Below, piece by piece: positions 44,608-57,740 of a stretch of DNA of 64,000 bases. The DNA is taken from the NCBI RefSeq assembly GCF_009914755.1, contig NC_060940.1. The stretch is one strand, 5' to 3'. A model generated the notes under the pieces. The model was given only the letters and a program-made list of their open reading frames with translations. It did no database searches and was not told the origin of the DNA. A program made the translations under genes and the position numbers. How positions within the stretch are numbered: position 1 is the stretch's first letter; each line of letters begins with the position of its first letter. This DNA comes from the human T2T-CHM13v2.0 reference genome, Homo sapiens.

Positions 44608-44831
44608 TTGAAAGTGGCAGCGCAAAGACGATAGAATATGTAAGCAATTTTGGTGAAGTGAACAGCTTTGGAGAACTAATGCTACCTTACTTATCTGACT
44701 TCTCATAAAGCTACTTTATCAAGAAAGTGTGATGTGTGCACAGTTGACAGTTGACACGGTTGACAATTGACACGGTTGACAATTGAATTGCGTGCACAGA
44801 AGGACAATTGAATCAGTGCTACAGCCTAGGG

Positions 44832-45363
44832 CAGTGGTCCCCAACCTTTTTGGCACCAGGGACCAGTTTCATGAAAGACAATTTTTCCACAGATCACGAA
44901 GGGGTGGGGAATGGTTTCAGGATGATTCAAATGCACCACATTTATTGTGCACTTTATTTCCATTATTATTATATTGTAATATCTAAAGAAATAACTATAC
45001 AACTCACCACAATGTAGAATCACTGGGAGCCCTCAGCTTGTTTTCCTGCACCTCAGTGGTCCCATCCAGGGGTGATGGGAGGCAGTGACAGATTATCAGG
45101 CATTAGATTCTCATAAGGAGCACGCAACCTAGATCCCTCACATGTGCAGTTCACAATAGGGTTCATGCTCCTATGAGAATCTAATGCCACTGGTGATCTG
45201 ACAGGAGGCAGAGCTCCAGCGGGAATGTAAACGATGAGGTGTGCCTGTAAATACAGATGAAGCTTCACTTGCTCACCTGCCGCTCATCTCCTGCTGTGTG
45301 GCCCAGTTCCTAACAGGCCACGGATTGGTACTCATCTGTGGCCCCTGAGTTGAGCACCCCTCA
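44832..45363 (-). mobile_element. MER1A (hAT-Charlie)
   Basis: cagtggtccccaacctttttggcaccagggacc...ggcattagattctcataaggagc...; ~530 bp. Confidence 0.88.
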
Positions 45364-46334
45364 GCATAGAGTCCAGCAGTAGACTCAAGCTTATGTAGCC
45401 AAATGATTTTAGACAAAGATACCAAAAGCAGTTCACTGGGGAAAGAAAAATGAACTCGGAGTCTTTCTTATGGCATATACAAAAATCATTTTGAGGTGGA
45501 GCTTAAACCTAAGCATAAAAGTCAAAAACATAAAGTTTCAGAAGAGAATATAAGTGAATATCCACACAACCTGAGAGTAGTTAAACATTTCTTAGGTAAG
45601 ACACAAAAACAGAAAGAAAACAAATAATAAATTAGACTTTGTCACAATTAAGCATTTTTCCTCATCAAAAGTCATCATGAAAAAAATACACCAAGAAGCC
45701 ACAGATTATTTTAAAAAATGAGAAAGATGTAGCTGACAAATGACTTCATGAGAATATATATAGAGAGAACTCCTATAAATCAATAATAAAAAGACAAGAA
45801 ATACAATTAAAAATAAGCAGAGCTTTGACCATCCTCTTGCAAACAAAGATGTAGACATTTTGAATAAGCACATAAATATGTGCTCAACAACATTAGTCAT
45901 CACGAAAATGCAAAATCAAAGCCACAATGGCATATCACTACACCCTCGTCTGGATTGCTAAAACTAATAGACTGACAATACCAAATGTTGGCAAGGATAC
46001 AGAGGAACCAGGACACTCCCACAATGCTCGTGGGTGTATATAAATGGCACGATAACATTTAAAAAAGAATTGGCAGCTTCTATCTAACAACCTAGCAATT
46101 TTACTCCTAGAAATATATCAAAGAGAATGAAAAGATATGCCCACCAAAAGACTTGTACAAGCTTGCTAATAGCAGCTTCTTTATAATAGCCCCAATTAGA
46201 AACAACCAAAATAGTCATTAACAGAAAAGTGTGTAAGCAACTTGTAGCATATTTATACCCTAGAATAACAACTAGAAATAAATAGGAATAGACTACTTAT
46301 GTATATAATATCATGAATAAATCACTTGGATATC

Positions 46335-46642
<308 letters not shown>

Positions 46643-47197
46643 TTAGATATCATGCTGGGTCAAAGAAGCCAGACACGAAAGAGAACTTAATGTATGAATC
46701 CACTTACATAAAATTTAAAAAATAGGTAAAACTTGGCTGTGGTGGAAAACATCAGACAAATGGTTGTCTCTTTTCGGGAATTGCCTGGGACCTGGGTTTA
46801 AGGGGACTTTTTGGTGTGGTGGAAATGTGGGTACATCTACTGATAGGATTGTGGGTTACATGGACATACACATTTTGCAAAATTTGTGTACTATATATTT
46901 AAGATGCATGCATTTTATTTTATACATATTTTGCCTTAAGAAACATTTTTTAAAAATTTGAACTCCAGTAAATTGGTTTGCTTTTCACAGTGGAATGAAT
47001 CGACCATTCTGAAACTATTTTTTGTGTGTCCTGGGCTTTAGCAGAAGTGTAAATATTTTGAAGATAATGAGATCTAGGTTTTTCATTGTTAGAAAATGTA
47101 GTTACACATATGGGAAGAGAAAAAAACTAGAATGTTCCCTGTGCTGTTGGATTGAAATTAAATGTATCAGTATAAACTCATGGTTTTTAATATAGGG

Positions 47198-47228
<31 letters not shown>

Positions 47229-47864
47229 CATGTATGTGTAACTTAGTCTATCTGCTGAGAGGGTCTAGTAGCAATGATAAAGTAATAGCAATGAGTACAT
47301 CTAGACCCAGATATTGATTTCTAAATATCAGTTTCCTCTGAAAGGAATTGTAATTCCTTGGAGAAAAGGCCAAACCTAGAGTTGGGGAAGAAAGAGTATA
47401 CATTGAGCCTGAGACTCCTTTTTGTGCCAGAAAGTAGGGAAGTGATGAAGAGCAATGTGGATTTATCAAAAGCACACAGGACCAACATGAAGGAGCTCCC
47501 ACTGGCTTCAGCTGATACAGTTTGAGTATTAAAACAAATCATGATAGTAGATTATAACTCATTGACTAAAATAAGAATCTGTGAGTTTGTAATGACAAAT
47601 GAATGAGTAAATGGAGAAGACACGCTCTTCCTTATAGAATATCAACTATTAATAATAAATATAGAAGGATTAATGGAGTTGGAAAGGCATCAAATAATAC
47701 TAAACCATGCTATGAAAGTTTCATTAAGGAACAGGATACATACAGCTTCAATGTGTCTATGCACAAGTTATTTATTATTATGAAGGAAATGTAGTGACTT
47801 CACAGTGGAGAAACCTGGCAGACACATTAACCAAGTGATTTTGAGGCACATTCAATGAAATAAC

Positions 47865-48050
47865 TGATAGAGTTTGGATATTTGTCTCCGCCCCAATCTC
47901 ATTTTGGGAATTATAATCCCCAATGCTGGAGGTGGGACCTGGTGGGAGGTGTCTGGGTCATGGGGGTGGATCCCTCATGGCTTGGTGCTATCTTCGTGAT
48001 AGTGAGTTCTCACAAGATCTGGTCATTTAAAGTATGTGGCAGTCCCTGCC

Positions 48051-48119
<69 letters not shown>

Positions 48120-48323
48120 TCTCCTGCCTTCACCATGGGAACTGCCTTCTCCTACCTCGCCTTCTGCCATGATTTTAAGCTACCTGAGTCCTCTCCAGAA
48201 GCTGATGCCAGAGCTATGCTTGCTGTACAGCCTGCAGAACCACGAGCCAGTTAAACCTCTTTTCTTTATAAATTATCCAGTCTCAGGTATTTCTTTATAG
48301 CAATGCAAGAATGACCTTATACA
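47865..48323 (+). mobile_element. MSTB-type solo LTR with internal (CT)n(CA)n microsatellite
   Basis: TG...CA termini; 5-bp TSD ATAAC (47860-47864, 48324-48328); microsatellite ~48053-48117. Confidence 0.88.
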
Positions 48324-49076
48324 ATAACCAATCAGGGCTCTTTAAAAATATCAAGGTAAAAAGAAAAAAAAAAAAGAAAAGAAAAGGCTGGGGAACATTC
48401 TAGTTGAAAGAAGACTACAGATATAGCAACTAAATGCAGAGATGGGAGGGTTGCTTAAGCCGAGAAATTAGAGGATGCAGTAAGCTATGATGATGCCACT
48501 GTACTCTGGCCTGGGCAACAGAGTGAGACACTGTTTCAAAAAGAAAAATATACACCAAAGTTAATAATCAAGGGGTATGATATCTCCAATTTCTCAAATG
48601 TTTCATAAAAAATACTTATGTAGAATGGAAAAATATTAATAATTTGTGAATGTTGATAAAAGATATTGACATTCTCTTGCAGTCATCTTGCAGCTTTTCC
48701 ATAAGTTGGAATTTTATAAAAATCAAAAATTGAGAGACAGAGAAAGAGGAGAGCCCAGGATGTGATTCGTGATGAACAGGGCTGCTGGCCAGGCTGTTAA
48801 GGTTCATAAGTTCTTGGTAAACAAGCCGAGGCTGTGCCTGGGTTGGCAGGCACTGATGGGCAGAAACTGATTATTACAAGTCTGTAAATCAGAGAGCTGG
48901 TTTAGACCATAAAATTGAAAGTTAAAAAAACTCATGTTGCACTATAGGCAATTTAATTCCTTTGCATATCTTATTTGGAAAGTTACTTTATAATTACAAG
49001 CATAGCTAATACAAAGTTATGTACTTTGTAATTAAAGATCTTGTGGGGTAAGGAAAACACAGAACTGGAACTGACC

Positions 49077-49357
49077 TTTCTTTCTTTCTTTTTTTTTCTT
49101 GTTTGAGACAGGGTCTCGCTGTCACCTAGGTTGGAGTGAAGTGGCACGAACACAGCTCACTGGAGCCTGGACTTCCTGGGCTCAAGGGATTCTCCTGCTT
49201 CAGCCTCCCAAGTAGCTGGCACACAGTTACATGCCACCGTACCTGTTTTTTTTTTTTTTTTTCAGACATGGCGTCTCACTATGTTGCCCAGGCTGGTCTC
49301 AAATTCCTGGCCTCAAACGATCCTCCTGCCTTGGCCTCCCAAAACCCTGGGATTACT
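49077..49357 (-). mobile_element. AluJ, missing 5' end
   Basis: gagacagggtctcgctgtcacctagg...cctcccaaaaccctgggattac. Confidence 0.85.
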
Positions 49358-49520
49358 GCATCTGACTTTGAAACTGGCATTTCTATGCATGTGTGTGTAC
49401 CAGGCACTGGTCCCATGGTACCTCCCTGGATCTTCCCAATAACCCTTATTACCACACTCGGGTAGATGTGATCATCTACATTTTACAGAAGAGGCAACTG
49501 AGGTATTACAAATTTGTCTT

Positions 49521-49826
49521 GGCTAGGTGCAGTGGCTCACACCCATAATCCCAACTTTTTGGGAGACTGTGCTGGGAAGATCACTTGAGCCCATGCATTT
49601 GAGACCAGCCTGGGCAACATAGTGAGACCTCATCTCTACAAAAAAATAATTTAAAAATTAGCTGGGCATGGTGGCATGTGCCTATAATTCCAGTGACTCT
49701 GGAGGCTGAGGTGGGAGGATCACTTGAGCCTAGGAGTTTGAGGCTGCAGTGATCTGTGATCATGCCACTGCCTTCCAGCCAGCCAGGGTAACAGACAGAG
49801 ACTCTGCCTCTAAAAAAAAAGAAAGA
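49521..49826 (+). mobile_element. AluJ inserted in a MIR, 11-bp TSD
   Basis: TSD aaatttgtctt at 49510-49520 and 49827-49837. Confidence 0.9.
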
Positions 49827-52800
49827 AAATTTGTCTTACCCAAGGTCACATGGCTAGAAAGTGTTTCAGAAGGAGGGGTCCTGCAGACAGAATGAAAATA
49901 AGGATGACTTTTAACCTCATTACCCTCTGAAAGATAAGCCCCAGGAAGGTAGGGATCTTTTTCTATTTTGTTCAGACTTTTATGCCCAAACCTCAAACAA
50001 ATACTGCTACAAAATAATGCTCACTTAGTAGCTGTTGAATGAATAAATTAATTTCTCACTGGCTTTGACAAGATCTAGGTTATTGGGAATAGTCATTACT
50101 GTGGTGGACTGGAGACAAAAGGCAGGTAGGAGCAAGCAAAGTGCTGGGATTACAGGCATGATCCATCACACCTGGCAAATTATGGGCTTTACGGTAAATT
50201 ATATCTCAATTAAAATATATGCCTTCTCTGAGAACATGATTTTGTGGAGCAGGATGAGCACTCAGGGAAAAAGTAGAGGAGGGAAGAGTCTCCTGCAAGG
50301 GAGACACTGGATGGAGGGAGGTGGGTGTGGGAAGAGCTGATAGGGTCTGCAATAGAGAGGGATAAGAAGAGCTCTCTGCTGGCCACTGGGCACTCACAGG
50401 GGCCTGCGTTCCTGCTAGCAGGCGTAGCTGACTCAGCTTGGTCACTGGCTAGGCTGTTGTCAGACCGAGAGCCTGGCTGGGAGAGCTCTCCTTGGCTCTG
50501 TGTTCCTCTAAGTTACTAGAGCTGGAGTGGGCTAGGTGGATGGAGCCCTACAGAAAGCCTGTCCAGGTTAAGATGTGTGTTTGCGTTTAACTGACCTTGG
50601 TCCTAGGAAGCTTACATGGAATCGGTTGCATCAAATGTCTGCCCCCGATCTCCATCCTCTGTGTCATCCTCTCCCCATCCTTCATCACTTGGTAATCCAA
50701 GGCTGTTGGGGATAGAGTTGTAGTTGAGCTCTCTCTTCTTCTACTGCTTAGAGCCATTATTTGTGATTTAATTAAGGAATATTTTTCACAGAACATTTCA
50801 AACAAAATCATGGACTGTACTCGTGACCTATGCAAGGGAGAGAGGAGGGAAGTGAGAGAAGGAGAAGGGAGGAGGAAGGGGGAAAAAAGAAAATAAAAGC
50901 AAGGAAATGAGAGTGAGAGGAAATGAGACAGTAAGAGAATGACATGGTGAGATAGGAAGGAGGGAAGTGGGGGAAATAGATATAAATATAAGATTTGCTT
51001 TCTTCTTTGCCCAGATCCTCTCCCCATTTCTCGCTCTGATCTTGGCGTCCTCACCTCCATTAGAGAAGGTTGCCAGGAAACAGGAAAGAAAGAGGGCCAA
51101 AGAAAAGGGACCACTAAACTGATCCCGGGGAAATACGTCATCATCCAAGGATGGGTTCATGATTGCTGGAGGAAAGAGGTTTGGAATCAACAAAAAATAT
51201 GAACCATATAATGTATTTTAGAAGAGATAAGTTACTACTTTCAGGTAGACAGAGACATTCAGTGGAGGATCAATTCTTCTTAGTCAGAGGCCGTGGGAAC
51301 CTCCTGAAATGAATGAACTAAAGGCACATTCTAGTCTGTCTGTGAAACTTACTTGGTGTCTTTCTGCCAGGTAAGTCAAGTCTGGAAGGAAGACAACAGT
51401 GACATCCCTAACCACTGTTTCTTCTTCTAGTTCTCCCTCCTCCAGGATGAATAACTATATGTAGTATATTGGGCACTTACTATATGCAGTTGTGTTATTT
51501 CTAGTATTAACCTATTAATATTTACCTTGAATACTAAAATAGCATAGCATTACATATTAAGGTAATATTAATATTAGTACGAGGATGACATTGTGATAAT
51601 ACCCACCTTTTATTTTTGCACTTACTGTCTGTCAGATACTGGCTGAGGCACTGCACATTGATTAATGTTCTCAGTAGCCCAAGGACATTATTCTACCCAT
51701 TTACTAGATGAGCTAACTGATGGTGGTCAGAGAGATGAATAATTTGCTCACAGTCACATTGTTATTGGTAAAACAGAGATTCTAAGCTAATTCTGATTGC
51801 CAGATCTGTGCCCTTAACTACGAGGAGAATTCACCACTTTAAAATATATATTTCCTTATTTAATTCTGATGGTAGTTAGGTCTCCTTATCCCTGTTTCAG
51901 AGATGAGGAAACTGAGGCACAGAGGCATACAATAACTTGTTCTAGTTTACGGGAGTATCTCCTAAGACCCCTCATTTCCATTCATAACCTATCAGATATT
52001 TAGCATCCACTAATTTATCTAATTACAGATGCTTCTAAAGTGCTTGTAACCTGCTCTAAGTGGGAACAGCATTGCATGTTGCAACCTCATTTACACTGTT
52101 AATTTGGTAAACTTCCTTCAGCCTCCATCCAACATGTCACAGATTCCAGTCTTAATGAAACTTAATGAGATTTGGCTATAAATATACGGAGGTAATGGTT
52201 TGTATAATATTGTAATGTTCCTTGAATTTTCTACCATATTTGCTAGGATTTCTGGACAGGAAACTTATTCAATCTCTTTAGAGGAGAGAAAAAGAAAAAG
52301 ATGAAAACCTTGGGCTATCTCACTGTGACAGTTCCTAGAACCTAAGGAATAAATGGCCCAATTTTACCTTAAAATCCTGTCTTTTAATTGATGCTGAGCC
52401 CTTCCCTGTGTTCACAAATGGTAATTGATTACCGACTGCATACAGAGTTCTGATGTTTCACTATGAAGACGTACAAAAAAATAAAAAGAATAAATACACA
52501 TAAATACATATGTATCTATTATGTAAATAAGTATCAGTGATATAAGAGATATATTTCTTTATTATAAACAAAAACCCCTTATAAAAATTGTCTTTAAAAT
52601 CTAAGTTATGTTGCTTGTAAATGTCTTAAATGGCAAAGGTTGCAGATTTTGAAAAGCAAATACACATCAGGAAAAAACGTAAAAAGGAAAGAGAGCATAG
52701 TTGGCCATATTACAATCAAAGTCAAAGCAGTATGACATAGTGAAAAGAATTTGGACTTTAGACTTAGACCTGAGTTTATATCTTAACCTTGACTGATCAT

Positions 52801-53182
52801 CAACTATCCTATTGAAAAATTTGGGATTAAATAATACCTATATTACAGGGTGATTATGATAGTTAAAATAAATGATACAGCATGTGCTCATAACTCATTA
52901 AATATCCTGGCTCATGGCAGGTAACTCAATATAGAGTAATAATTCTTGTTATTTTTATTATCACTATATTACAATAGACATCTGCTGTATATAGGAAATG
53001 TAAAATTGATGGTTTGAAAATATAAGTCCTGAAATGTTTATGAATCCCTACATTCACATATAGTAACAATGAGGTGACTGGTTCTTACCAATTATAGATC
53101 TCCCTGACTGCTCACAAATGGAGCAAACCTCATACTGATAAGAGTTTGCGTGCTATGGGGCCATTGAAATTGACCAACTAGA

Positions 53183-53760
53183 CCAGGGTCTCAAAAATCA
53201 AATCCATACAAAGATCAAGTTGGAAATGAAAATCAGTGAAGCAGGCTGGGTATCCTAAGATATATGCTTCCAACACAGATGAGAAAGAAGCGCCAGATAA
53301 AACTTATATTCGTATTAAAACATATTGGATATTTTTCAATTCTATAATTCTAAATTTTCTTGAAATATGTGGCCCTCTCAGTCTATATTTGATTTTCTTA
53401 CATTTGATTCAGGTGGGTATAATAAATATTTTACAGTTTTATAATTATCCTAAAAGAAGAATAACCCAAATGCAACTATAAATGTCAAGGAGTATTTGGA
53501 TTCAGACTCAGAGAGGCAATGGGGAGTTGTGGTGAGTGCTGCAAATCAGAATACAGATATTGTCAGCTCCAATGTATGGTTGCCAAGCAGACCTCGCATT
53601 GCAAGATTTCCCAGTCTTTCCAAAATCACAAAAATATCCGGATTTTATGGGGGTATATTCTAATATTTACATGTTGACAACTTTAAAAAAAAACATGATA
53701 TGGGCTGATGTTCTATGGGCCAAACAAAACACATTTGCGGACACCTGATTGGCAAGGACC
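53183..53760. mobile_element. hAT-Charlie-like (MER102-type) element
   Basis: ccagggtctcaaaaatcaaat start; tgggccaaacaaaacacatttgcgg near end; subfamily uncertain. Confidence 0.45.
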
Positions 53761-54878
53761 TCTAAGCAAAATCACCTGGCCATGGAATCAGCTGATAAAA
53801 TTCACACAGTGATTAATTTATTCCACCCATGTCCACTGCCTGCTGTGTCCAAAGCATTCATGTCATACATTGGAAGAAATCCGAGAAGAGTATGATGTTT
53901 GCAACTATGGGCTTTGAAATTAGATATTCTTGGTTTAAATCCCAGCTCTGCAACCTTCTAGCTGTGTAAAATCATCAGTAAAATGGGGTGATTTCTAACT
54001 CTCAGGGTTGCCATGGGAATGAAATGAGATAATGTATTAATTATTCATAGTGAACATATGTTTGTTGATTGTTCACAGACTGGCACAAATAAAGGCTAAC
54101 TCTTATGATCACTGACAGCCCACTGCTATGGTCCTGGGGTTCTGTTCTCCATATCCATAATCTTTATCCCCAGCCAGCTTCCTGTAAGTTCTGCCTGGTG
54201 CTCCTTTCTTGATAATGTCCTCCCATACAGCTACCACCCAAAGTAACACAACGGTTGTGCATATAGATGCCTCTTCTCCTGACATTTCAGCCGTCATGTT
54301 GAATTATGTGGCTTCAACCTTACTGAGCCACTGTACCTTGTAACACACTGTTACATCTGATACCATGAATCACCCAGTCCTGTTAGACCCAATTTATGTC
54401 CAGCTGCACAGTTGTATTTTCTTATGCCATATCTTGTTATATATGTCCTTAATGACTGGCCGAGGCAGTGGCTGCAAAGTCTCCTAATTTCAGAGTCCTA
54501 GACTGTGCTGCCATATTAAAGAGCCTCGTGGTGCTACATGAGATTTCCATCCTAGCCCTGTGTGTCTATTCTTATCCTCTCTGATGACTCCACTCTGTTC
54601 CTACCATAAAGTTTACTTCCTAATATCTCCTCACTCAGGCTACTTGTCCTTTCTGCTTTAAGACTTCTCCAAGTGCTCATCAAATCTGCTTACTCATCTT
54701 TGATAAAGAATTGAAGCCAGCTGAACTCTAGACAGTATATACCGTTATATCTTCTCAAATCCTCTATTCTGCCCTTGCGCGTTTTTCCTCTCATTTAATT
54801 TTGAGGACTTCCAAAACTCTGCTTTATTTGATGACATCTGCCACCATGGGGTTAATTATCACTTACATACAGAATGAT

Positions 54879-55227
54879 TGCTATGGACTAAATTTTTGTG
54901 TCAGCTCCAAATTCATATGTTGAAAACTAATCTCCAATGTGATATTTGGAAGTGGGGCCTTTGGGAGGTGATCAGGTCATGGGAGAAGAGCCCTCAAGAA
55001 TGAGATCAGTGCTCTTATAAAGGGCTGGGACTGGAGTTCCCCTTCCACATGACACAGTGAGAAGGTATCTTCTATGAACTAGGAAATTGGCCCTCACAAG
55101 ACATGGAATCTGCTGGCACATTGATATTGGACTTCCAGCCTCTAGAACCTTGAGAAATAAATGTCTGTTGTTTATAAGCCACTCAGTCTATGGCATTTTG
55201 TTATAGCAGCCCAAAAGGACTAAGATA
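54879..55227 (+). mobile_element. MLT1A-type solo LTR
   Basis: tgctatggactaaat...gactaagata; 5-bp TSD ATGAT. Confidence 0.85.
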
Positions 55228-55664
55228 ATGATGTCAAGAAAAGACTGAAGTCTTTAGGGTCAGCTGGTGTGCATTTGAGCGCCACTTACCTGTCAGGTAT
55301 GTAACTTTTGGCTATTCCCTTTCCCCTGTGAGCTAAGTTTCCTTACATATTACATGAGGTTATTAATGACACCTGCTTTACATGAAGGTAGAGAATGAGC
55401 AGATAAAGACAGTGGCTATCACCATTTCTGGCACACAGTCAGCACTCGACAAATGTTTGTTCATTCATCATATCAGGAAAAAAAATGTTCATTGAATTCC
55501 TCAGGGTAAGGACTGTGTCTTTATCATTTCTGAACCTGCAGGAGAGTCACAGTGACTGAGGTTTGAAGGACAGAGGTGAACATTTGGGGGAGAGGCACTG
55601 CTAGAAGACGTGTCCATAATACATGTTTCTTATTTCCTGAAGTGAATAGAGTTCTCAGACCCAC

Positions 55665-56028
55665 TATACTAGTCCATTTTCATGCTGCTGATAAAGACAT
55701 ACCTGAGACTGGGCAATTTACAAAAGAAAGAGGTTTAATGGACTCACAGTTCCATGTTGCTGGGGAGACATCACAATCATGATGGAAGGTAAAAGGCACA
55801 TCTCACATGGTGGCAGACAAGAGAAGAGAATGAGAGCCAAGTAAAAGGGGTTTCCCCGTGTAAAACCATCAGATCTCAGGAGACTTATTCGCTACCATGA
55901 GAACAGTATGGGGGAAACGGCCCCCATGATTCAATTATCTCCCACTGGGTCCCTCCCACAACATGTTGGAATTATGAGAGCTACAATTCAAGATGAGGTT
56001 TGTGTGTGGACACAGCCAAATCATATCA
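55665..56028 (-). mobile_element. THE1B/C solo LTR
   Basis: tagtccattttcatgctgctgataaagacatacctgagactggg...cacagccaaatcatatca; TSD [c/t]ccac. Confidence 0.9.
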
Positions 56029-56271
56029 TCCACTCACCAGCACCCAGGAACTTTCCCTCCATGCCTGGGTTGAGTACTTGCAGCACTTAGACTAGAGAGG
56101 GTCTAATCACCTGGAGGTCATCAGAATTATCCAGAGGGCTTCTTAAAACACAGATCAAAGGGCCCTGCCTCCAGTTTTGGGTGAGGCCTAGTAATTTGCA
56201 TTTCTAACACTTTCCCAGGTGATGCTGATGCTGCCTGTCTGGGGACCACACTGTTGACTGTTAAGTATAAC

Positions 56272-56745
56272 TGAAGTGGAAGGTGGGACTTAACTCCAGA
56301 GGTGGGGCTCAGACATTGGACCAAATTGAGGACCAGCTAAAACAGGGACAGGGCAAACAGCTTTCCATAAGACACACCCACCAGTGTGCCATGTCAGTGT
56401 ACCATTGCCATGGCAACCCCCAGGGGTTACTACCCCTTTCCATGGCAATGCCCTGATAACCCAGAAGTTACTATACTTTTCCTAGATATTTCTGTATAAA
56501 CCACCCCTTAATATGACTGCAGAACTGCCGTGAGCTGCTACTCCCAGCACACTGCCTGTGGGGTCACTCTGCTCTGCAGGAGCAGTTATGGAGCTGTAAC
56601 AGTGTAGCTGGAGCTGTAACACTGCTTCTTCAATAAAGCTGTTTTCTTCTACTCTATCATCAGCTTGCCCTGGAATTCTTTCCTGGGTGAAGCCAAGAAC
56701 CCTCATGGGCTAAGCCCCAATTTGGGGCTCTCCTGCCCTGCATCA
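56272..56745 (+). mobile_element. ERV1 solo LTR, MER41 group (subfamily uncertain)
   Basis: TG...CA termini; 4-bp TSD TAAC; AATAAA 56632-56637; end gggctaagccccaatttggggctc...ccctgcatca. Confidence 0.75.
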
Positions 56746-56759
56746 TAACCACTCTATCT

Positions 56760-56978
56760 CAGCAGTTCTCAACTAGAGGGTCAATTTTGTGCCTCCCAGG
56801 GGACATTTGGCCATGTTTAGATACTTTTGGTTATCCCAGCTGGGTTGGGGAGGACTCAACTGGCATCTAGTGGGTAGGGAGCAGAGATGCTGTTAAACAT
56901 TCTACGTAGCACAGGACAGCCCTCAGCAAAAGAATTATGCAGCCCCAAATTCAATAGTGTTCAGGTAGAGAGGCCCTG
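56760..56978 (+). mobile_element. MER20 (hAT-Charlie)
   Basis: cagcagttctcaact...ggggacatttggc...tggcatctagtgggtag...gatgctgttaaacattctac. Confidence 0.85.
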
Positions 56979-57364
56979 CTCTTCCTCCCCGCAATCCCAG
57001 CAAGTATTCAGAATGATGATGTCCATCTGCCCATCAGTAAGTCAGCAGGATGTCACTGCTGTATTTCCTCCCCTCCTGCTTCACTGAAACAGATGAATGG
57101 GTCTCAGGCCACCCCAGTTCTCCTCTACTCTGAAGGCAGAGCTGCCTGACTACACCACTGCCTGCTTGAACCCTCCATGGCTCCTCATTGCCCGTTTAAT
57201 AAAGACCAAGGTCCTTCCCATGCCTCCAGGGCCTGCCTGTCTGTCTCTCTAGCTTCCTGTCCTGCATCCACCCTACTGCCCACCCTCCAGCTGCTCACAT
57301 CTGCTTTCAGTTTCCTGACACTGCCAAACTCTCTCTTACAGTGGACCTAGGCTCATTTTTTCCA

Positions 57365-57740
57365 CTGGTCTAGGGCTGCCATACAAAACACTGCAGACTG
57401 GGAGGCTTAAACAATAGAAGTTAGCTCCTCACAGTTCTGGAGGGTAGAAGTCCAAGGTTGTGTTGTTAGTAGGTTTGGTTTCTTCTGAGTCCTGTGTACT
57501 TGGCTTGCAGATGGCGGCCTTCTCAATGTGGCCCCACATGGTCTTTATGTGTGTGCACGTGCCTGTGTTCAAATATCCTGCTTCAGTTATACTCGTTTAG
57601 GGTCCACCCTAAAAATCTCATTTTTAACTTAATTTCCTCTTTGAAGGCCTTGTCTCCGTCCAAATATAGTCTCACTCTGAGATACTGGTAGATAGAAATT
57701 CAGCATACGAATTTGGGTGGGAGGCACAATTCAGCTGATG
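57365..57740 (-). mobile_element. MLT1A-type LTR
   Basis: tagggctgccatacaaaac...tcacagttctggagg...cacaattcagc. Confidence 0.7.

Noticed and set aside
44356-44708. K/E/R-rich and F/L/S-rich ORFs
   Set aside because: Translation of the (GAAA)n Alu tail.
44741-44790. CRISPR-like array or bacterial -35 (TTGACA) boxes
   Set aside because: Human context, no unique spacers, no cas genes; better explained as a templated insertion.
48985-49037. Short AT-rich inverted snippets (tacaaagt/actttgta)
   Set aside because: Too short and AT-rich to distinguish from chance.
50137-50176. Orphan 40-bp Alu 5' fragment as the displaced end of the AluJ at 49077-49357
   Set aside because: The overlapping bases differ (aaaccctggg versus aagtgctggg) and nothing links the two.
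50587-51193. 185-aa and 121-aa minus-strand ORFs, the longest non-L1 frames
   Set aside because: F/L/S/P-rich translation of a purine-rich low-complexity tract; no domain or codon signal.
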